Shown one piece after another: positions 37,229-42,500 of a stretch of 42,500 bases of DNA. This stretch comes from an uncultured Staphylococcaceae bacterium (GTDB lineage: Bacteria; Bacillota_I; Bacilli_A; RFN20; CAG-826): positions 1 through 42,500 of the forward strand of contig CAYNBG010000001.1 in NCBI GenBank assembly GCA_964395495.1. Reading direction: 5' to 3'. Each line of letters begins with the position of its first letter. The first letter of the stretch is position 1. Below the pieces are notes generated by a model, which saw nothing but the letters and a program-made list of their open reading frames with translations, did no database searches and was not told where the DNA came from. A program made the position numbers and the translations under genes.

Positions 37229-37537
37229 ATGCCAGGATATCAACAAATGGTTCAAGCCATGCAAAAAATGCAAAGAGAATTTGAAAAAGCTCAAGCAAAA
37301 TTAGACGAAACTGAATTTGATTACACAGCAAACGGAGCTGTTAAAGTTGTCTTAAAGGGAAATATGGAATTAGTTTCTATAGAATTTTTAGATAAAGATA
37401 TTCTTAATAAAGATGATGAAGATATGTTAAAGGATATGATCACTTTAGCATACAATGGAGCAAAGGATAAAATAGATAAAGCTAACGAGGAATTATCTGC
37501 AAAATTTAAATCAATGGCTGCTCCAGGTATGTTTTAA
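37229..37537 (+). CDS. ybaB: YbaB/EbfC-family nucleoid-associated protein
   Basis: 102 aa. MQKMQREFEKAQAKLDETEF...NGAVKVVLKGN. Canonical dnaX-ybaB-recR order. Confidence 0.9.
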   Translation: MPGYQQMVQAMQKMQREFEKAQAKLDETEFDYTANGAVKVVLKGNMELVSIEFLDKDILNKDDEDMLKDMITLAYNGAKDKIDKANEELSAKFKSMAAPGMF

Positions 37538-38136
37538 TGAAAGAACTTAACTCAATTAATAAATTAACTATTTCATTTAAAAATTTTCCATCAATTGGAG
37601 AAAAAACTGCTGAAAGAATGGCTTTCAATATTTTAAGTATGCCAAATTCTCAAGTAGAGGATTTACTTATTAATATCAAAGAAGTTAAATCAAAAGTTCA
37701 TCAATGTCCAAATTGTGGTCTTTTAACAGAAAACGACCTTTGTGAAATTTGCTCTTCTGCTTCAAGAGATCATTCAACTTGCATTGTTTTATCAAATTTT
37801 AAAGATGTATTTAATTTTGAAAAAATGGGAACTTTTAATGGTATATATCATGTATTAAACGGAGATATATCTAGTTTAAAAGGTATAAAACCTGATGATT
37901 TAAGAATTAAAGAATTAATTGATAGAATAGATAAAGAAAATATTAAAGAAATTATCTTAGCAACAAATCCAACAATTGAAGGAGAAACTACTGCTTTATA
38001 TTTAGCAAGATTATTGCAAAATAAAGATATTAAAATCACTCGTTTAGCTTATGGATTGCAAATGGGTGGAAATTTAGATTACACAGATGAATTAACAATT
38101 CAAAAAGCATTAGAAGGAAGAACAACATTAAAATAA
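37537..38136 (+). CDS. recR: recombination protein RecR
   Basis: 199 aa. FPSIGEKTAERMAF, zinc finger CPNCG...CEIC, Toprim NPTIEGETTALYL. Confidence 0.96.
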   Translation: MKELNSINKLTISFKNFPSIGEKTAERMAFNILSMPNSQVEDLLINIKEVKSKVHQCPNCGLLTENDLCEICSSASRDHSTCIVLSNFKDVFNFEKMGTFNGIYHVLNGDISSLKGIKPDDLRIKELIDRIDKENIKEIILATNPTIEGETTALYLARLLQNKDIKITRLAYGLQMGGNLDYTDELTIQKALEGRTTLK

Positions 38137-38148
38137 AGGGGATTTATT

Positions 38149-38775
38149 ATGTTTATTACATTTGAAGGCGGAGAAGGCAGCGGAAAAAGCACTGTTGCAG
38201 ATATTATTTATAAAAAATTGCTTGAAGAAAATTATCCAATAGTCTTAAGTAGAGAGCCTGGTGGAGTTAAAATAGCTGAACAAATCAGAAATGTTATTTT
38301 AGATAAATCAAACACCGAATTAGATAATAGAACTGAAGCCCTTCTTTTTGCTGCTAGCAGGAGACAACATTTAGTTGAAAAAATTTGGCCAGCTTTAAAA
38401 GAAAATAAAATTGTTTTATGTGATAGATATTTAGACTCTTCTTTGGCTTATCAAGGTGGAGGAAAAAATTTAGGTGTAGATGAAGTCTTAAATATTAATC
38501 TTTTCGCAACAGAAAACACACTACCTGATTTAACAATTTTATTTGATTTAGATCCTCAAATTGGACTAGATAGAATAAATAAAAATAAAAATAGAGAAGT
38601 TAATAGATTAGACCTTGAATCTATGAATTTTTATAATAAAGTAAGAAATACTTTTTTAGATTTAAGTAAAAAATATAGTGAAAGATATGTTGTTATTGAT
38701 GCAAGTAAATCATTAGATGAAGTTGTAGAAACAACATACAAAATAATTAAAGAAAGACTAGATGGATTACGCTAA
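38149..38775 (+). CDS. tmk: thymidylate kinase
   Basis: MFITFEGGEGSGKST ... REPGG ... DRYLDSSLAYQG. Confidence 0.95.
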   Translation: MFITFEGGEGSGKSTVADIIYKKLLEENYPIVLSREPGGVKIAEQIRNVILDKSNTELDNRTEALLFAASRRQHLVEKIWPALKENKIVLCDRYLDSSLAYQGGGKNLGVDEVLNINLFATENTLPDLTILFDLDPQIGLDRINKNKNREVNRLDLESMNFYNKVRNTFLDLSKKYSERYVVIDASKSLDEVVETTYKIIKERLDGLR

Positions 38776-39733
38776 TTATTTAAAAACATATCAAGAAATA
38801 CCTTACAAAATATTTAAAAATTATTTAAAGAATAATAATTTTTTTCATGCATATTTATTATCTGGTCCTACAGGCACACCATTACTTGATATTGCAAAAT
38901 ATTTAGTTAAATGTTTATTATCTCAAAATGGAGATTATTTATACGAAAATAATGTAATTTCTACAAGAATTGATAGTGGAAATTACTTAGATTTTGTTTT
39001 AATTGATGGTAAAAAAGATCAAATTAAAATTGATGATATACGAAATTTAGAGAAAAAATTTTCTCAAACAGCTACTGAAGCACTTGGTATAAAAGTTTAC
39101 ATAATAAACATGGTTGAAAATATGGCTCCAGATGCTACAAACGCTTTATTAAAATTCCTTGAAGAACCTGATAATAATACATATGCTTTCTTAACTACTG
39201 AAAACGAATATAGAGTTTTACCAACCATTCTAAGTAGGACTGAAATTATTCACTTTTCTCCACTTGATCAAAATCAATTAATTGAAGATTGCTTAAAGCT
39301 TCAAATAGATAAAAAGAATGCCGAAATACTATCGTTTTTTTATAATGATGCCGAAACAATCAAAAACGAAACTACTAACGAAGACTACATAGAAGCTTTA
39401 AACTATTTAGAAAACTTCATAAATAATATTGGTAATAAAGTTGAATTAAGAGTTTATACTGAAACTCAATTAATAAAAAAATTAAAATCTAAGCAATCAA
39501 TAAGATTCTTTATAGATTTATTAATTGTTCTATTTAAAGAAGCTTTACGCTTTTCATTAAATGAAAATTTAATAATGAAAGAATCTTTAGAATATATTAA
39601 ACTAATTGTTGAAAATGTTATTAAAATTGATGATGCTATTTTAAAATTAATGAATTATCGTAACGAATTGAATTATAATTTGAATACATCATTAATGTTT
39701 ATTAATCTGATTGAAGAAATTTTTGGAGCATAG
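38762..39733 (+). CDS. holB: DNA polymerase III subunit delta prime
   Basis: 323 aa. HAYLLSGPTGT, ATNALLKFLEEP, TILSRTE. Follows tmk as in Bacillus-type operons. Confidence 0.85.
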   Translation: MDYANYLKTYQEIPYKIFKNYLKNNNFFHAYLLSGPTGTPLLDIAKYLVKCLLSQNGDYLYENNVISTRIDSGNYLDFVLIDGKKDQIKIDDIRNLEKKFSQTATEALGIKVYIINMVENMAPDATNALLKFLEEPDNNTYAFLTTENEYRVLPTILSRTEIIHFSPLDQNQLIEDCLKLQIDKKNAEILSFFYNDAETIKNETTNEDYIEALNYLENFINNIGNKVELRVYTETQLIKKLKSKQSIRFFIDLLIVLFKEALRFSLNENLIMKESLEYIKLIVENVIKIDDAILKLMNYRNELNYNLNTSLMFINLIEEIFGA

Positions 39734-39738
39734 ATTAT

Positions 39739-40539
39739 ATGAAATATTGTATTAGCGTTGCATTTAATGACTCTGGGAAAAACTACTTCTTTTCTACAGA
39801 AGATTCTAGTATTAAAGTAGGAGATCCAGTAGTCGTAACTACAGTCGTAGGTATTGAATTGGGAAAGGTCACACAAGATCCTAAATTATTAGAGGATGTA
39901 AAGACTCCTTTTGAAGTTATACCTATTACAAGAAAAGCAACAAAAGGCGATTTAGAAAATTATGAAAACAATAAAAAAGAAGCATTAAATGCTAAAAAAA
40001 TATTTGAAAAATTTGCTCAACAAGAAAAATTAGATATGGATTTAGTTGATTGTGCCTATACGCTTGATAAAAGTAAAGTTTTATTCACATATATTGCAGC
40101 AGATAGAGTTGACTTTAGAAATTTATTAAAATTATTAGCATCTTCTTTACATTGTAGAATTGAATTAAAGCAAGTTAATGTAAGAGAAAGAGCCCAAATT
40201 ATTGGTGGTATTGGTGTTTGTGGTCTTCCTTTATGCTGTTCAACATTCTTAAAAGAATTTGAAGGTGTTTCATTAAATAAAGCTAAAAATCAAATGCTTT
40301 CAATCAATATTCCTAAATTAAGTGGTCAATGTGGCAAACTTATGTGTTGTTTAAAATTTGAAGATGATGCATATACTCAAATTAAAAAAATATATCCACC
40401 TATTAACTCAACTGTTAAATATAATGGATCAATATACAAAGTAACAAGTTACAACATTCTTTCCAGAGTTATTAGAATTGAAAACGAAGAAAATGTTGAA
40501 TTTATAACATACGAAGATTATAAAAAACTTCAAAAATAA
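39739..40539 (+). CDS. ricT: PSP1-domain protein (YaaT/RicT family)
   Basis: 266 aa. Cys-rich core GVCGLPLCCSTFL ... GQCGKLMCCLKFE. Conserved position after holB. Confidence 0.85.
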   Translation: MKYCISVAFNDSGKNYFFSTEDSSIKVGDPVVVTTVVGIELGKVTQDPKLLEDVKTPFEVIPITRKATKGDLENYENNKKEALNAKKIFEKFAQQEKLDMDLVDCAYTLDKSKVLFTYIAADRVDFRNLLKLLASSLHCRIELKQVNVRERAQIIGGIGVCGLPLCCSTFLKEFEGVSLNKAKNQMLSINIPKLSGQCGKLMCCLKFEDDAYTQIKKIYPPINSTVKYNGSIYKVTSYNILSRVIRIENEENVEFITYEDYKKLQK

Positions 40540-40540
40540 T

Positions 40541-41359
40541 ATGAAAGGTACACTATTTTTAATTCCTACACCTATTGGTAATCTTCAAGAAGTATCTCCT
40601 AGAATAAGAGAAACCATTTTTAATTGTGACTATATAGCATGTGAAGACACAAGAAATACATTAAAGCTTCTAAATCTATTAAATATTAAAAAGAAGTGTG
40701 TTTCTTGCCATGAACACAACGAAAAAGCTGAATCAGATAAAATCATACAAGATATACTTAATGGACAAAATGTTGGTTATATGTCTGATGCGGGTTATCC
40801 TTGCATTAGCGATCCAGGATCCATACTTGCTATAGAAGCAATTAAAAATGATATTACTGTAACACCTATAAGCGGTCCAAATGCATTTATTAATGCTTTA
40901 GTTGCAAGCGGTTTAGATTCTTCGCATTTTTTATTTTATGGATTTTTAAAATCAAAAAGCGTAGAAAGAATCAAAGAATTAGAATCATTAAAAGAGTTAG
41001 GATTTACATTACTTTTTTATGAATCACCTCATAGAATTAATGATACATTAAAAGATTTATATACAGTTTTAGGAAATAGAAAAATTACAATAGCAAGAGA
41101 ATTAACTAAGCTTCATGAAGAATTTATAAGAACTGATTTAAAAACAATTAATGAAGAACACAAAGAATTAATTGGTGAAATGGTTTTAGTTGTAGAAGGT
41201 AATAATTCTTCAATAGAAGTCATTAATGAAGAACAAATTAAAGAAAATTTAAATTTATTAATAAAAAATGGCATCTCAGGAAAAGACGCCATTAATTCAG
41301 TTTCATTACTATTAAAAGTTAATAAAAACTTAGTAAAAAAGATTTACTATACTATTTAG
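40541..41359 (+). CDS. rsmI: 16S rRNA (cytidine1402-2'-O)-methyltransferase
   Basis: 272 aa. LFLIPTPIGNLQEVSPR ... IACEDTRNT ... SDAGYPCISDPG ... ESPHR. Confidence 0.93.
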   Translation: MKGTLFLIPTPIGNLQEVSPRIRETIFNCDYIACEDTRNTLKLLNLLNIKKKCVSCHEHNEKAESDKIIQDILNGQNVGYMSDAGYPCISDPGSILAIEAIKNDITVTPISGPNAFINALVASGLDSSHFLFYGFLKSKSVERIKELESLKELGFTLLFYESPHRINDTLKDLYTVLGNRKITIARELTKLHEEFIRTDLKTINEEHKELIGEMVLVVEGNNSSIEVINEEQIKENLNLLIKNGISGKDAINSVSLLLKVNKNLVKKIYYTI

Positions 41360-41699
41360 TTTCTTCTTCTTTATTTTCTTCTTTTTGAATAGGAGTAAAA
41401 CCAACCATATCCTCAACAGGTAAAGAGAAAGCAATGCCTTGACCTTTACTTTCTAGACCTGCATCTTGATATATATTTAACAAACATTTATCTTTAATTT
41501 TTTTATCTACAATAATAAAAACCATTTCTTTTTCAGGATGAATTGGTACACCGAAGAATTTTTCCATTTCAGGATTTCCAGTACCATGAGCATTAAAAAT
41601 AGTTCCACCTCTAGCACCACCTTTAACAGCAGCAGCCATAACAAGGTCACTATATCCTTTATTTACAATAGCAATAATTAATTCACCTTTGTTATCCAT
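41352..41699 (-). CDS. P-II-family signal-transduction-like protein
   Basis: 115 aa. ELIIAIVNKGYSDLVMAAAVKGGARGGTIFNAHGTG, the P-II-like type found next to DUF1538 genes. Confidence 0.7.
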   Translation of the reverse strand: MDNKGELIIAIVNKGYSDLVMAAAVKGGARGGTIFNAHGTGNPEMEKFFGVPIHPEKEMVFIIVDKKIKDKCLLNIYQDAGLESKGQGIAFSLPVEDMVGFTPIQKEENKEEETK

Positions 41700-41700
41700 A

Positions 41701-42126
41701 TTAGCTTCTCCTTTCTCTACTATTAGTTAAAAATTTATACATAACAACTCCAGCCATCGAATCAATTGGAATAGTAAATGATATACCTTTTGCTTGTTTC
41801 GATACATTGAATCTTGTTTGTATAATTTTGTTTATCTTTTCAATATCACTAGCTTTTACTAAAGCCATAACTAAATCCTTTTTATTGTCATTCATACCGA
41901 TAATATCATAAATTTCTCTAGGAGCAGTCCCTTTACCATAAACATCAAATGCACAAGCAATATTATTTTCTAAAAAAGAATTTATAAAGAATTGCCCTTG
42001 ATTACGGTTTACAATGACACATAAAAGTTTAAGTCTTTCAACTTTATTAGTTTCTTCAAATGGTTTTTCGTTAACGTTTTTAACTTTTTCAACCTTTTTA
42101 TCTTTTTTCTTTCTAAATGGTCTCAT
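41701..42126 (-). CDS. P-II-like protein with a Lys-rich N-terminal extension
   Basis: 141 aa. The core LLCVIVNRNQGQFFINSFLENNIACAFDVYGKGT parallels the downstream paralog. Overlaps the DUF1538 gene end. Confidence 0.6.
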   Translation of the reverse strand: MRPFRKKKDKKVEKVKNVNEKPFEETNKVERLKLLCVIVNRNQGQFFINSFLENNIACAFDVYGKGTAPREIYDIIGMNDNKKDLVMALVKASDIEKINKIIQTRFNVSKQAKGISFTIPIDSMAGVVMYKFLTNSRERRS

Positions 42127-42500
42127 CTAAACTATCCTCAAAATGTATAATTTGTACATCTTCGTATTCGTAAACTCTTTGTCTTGCTTGCTTTTGAATA
42201 ACTCTTCCTTGAATCTTAGCAATTAAACCTAATGCTTCAATACAAACGATAGGTAAAGCACTAACCATACCTATAATACCAAATCCATTATAATTTGCAT
42301 ATGCAGAATTATCATGTGGATACATTGATCTAAACATACCAATAACTAAAGGCAAAACGAAACAAACTGAAATTGTACCACTTGCGATACCACCACTATC
42401 AAAGGCAATTGATGTATAAATATCAGGGATAAAGAACATTAATAAAATAGCTAATAAATAAATTGGAATAAATAAATAGTAACTAGAGAAGCCGCCCCAG
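42113..42500 (-). CDS. DUF1538-family membrane protein (5'-partial; continues past the window edge)
   Basis: IAFDSGGIASGTISV motif, hydrophobic. The reading frame stays open from 42439 up to position 42500 (…WGGFSSYYLFIPIYLLAILL-MFF…). Confidence 0.65.
   Translation of the reverse strand, partial: WGGFSSYYLFIPIYLLAILLMFFIPDIYTSIAFDSGGIASGTISVCFVLPLVIGMFRSMYPHDNSAYANYNGFGIIGMVSALPIVCIEALGLIAKIQGRVIQKQARQRVYEYEDVQIIHFEDSLDETI

Noticed and set aside
1-42500. Possibility that this is a code-4 (UGA = Trp) mollicute.
   Set aside because: prfB (RF2) is present and uses UGA as the stop in its autoregulatory frameshift site. All conserved genes are intact under code 11 with no in-frame TGA required.
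1-42500. CRISPR arrays, transposases/IS elements, integrases, phage genes, toxin-antitoxin or defence systems, tRNA/rRNA genes.
   Set aside because: I found no spaced direct-repeat arrays, no recognisable mobile-element or defence proteins among the ORFs, and no GC-rich tRNA- or rRNA-like segments apart from the rpsJ leader, which lacks tRNA features.

Overview
The window is low-GC (roughly 30% by eye) and very gene-dense. It looks like core chromosome from a Firmicutes/Mollicutes-like bacterium. The genetic code is 11, not the Mycoplasma code, because prfB is present with its UGA-dependent +1 frameshift and no ORF needs an in-frame TGA. I read about 58 protein genes. On the minus strand, left to right: a small metabolic block (ATC-hydrolase-like, pncA, pepC, spx, and a four-gene operon of enoate-reductase-like flavoprotein, AcnX large subunit, AcnX small subunit and a membrane protein); the complete alpha/spc/S10 ribosomal cluster (rplQ back to rpsJ, including rpoA, infA, map, adk, secY and an untracked rpmJ, with no rpmD); a GT2 glycosyltransferase; uvrB; a YitT-family gene; prfB; secA; comFC/comFA; rpiB; tsaC; prmC; prfA. 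On the plus strand, diverging at about 35.4 kb: dnaX, ybaB, recR, tmk, holB, yaaT(ricT), rsmI. The window ends with a minus-strand DUF1538 plus two P-II-like genes. I recognised no rRNA, tRNA, CRISPR array or mobile element. Most of the window is ordinary housekeeping DNA and I do not see a clear-cut novel multi-gene system. The points most worth a second look are: (1) dnaX is interrupted by one in-frame TAA at a conserved Glu codon; (2) the flavin enoate-reductase/AcnX dehydratase/membrane-protein operon, which has no assigned pathway; (3) an Spx regulator with a 7-Cys C-terminal tail; (4) a GC-enriched leader of about 120 nt upstream of rpsJ; (5) a 17-bp hairpin that buries the only Shine-Dalgarno sequence upstream of comFA; (6) Lys/Ala/Glu-rich extensions on several ribosomal proteins; (7) perfect palindromes in two promoter regions.
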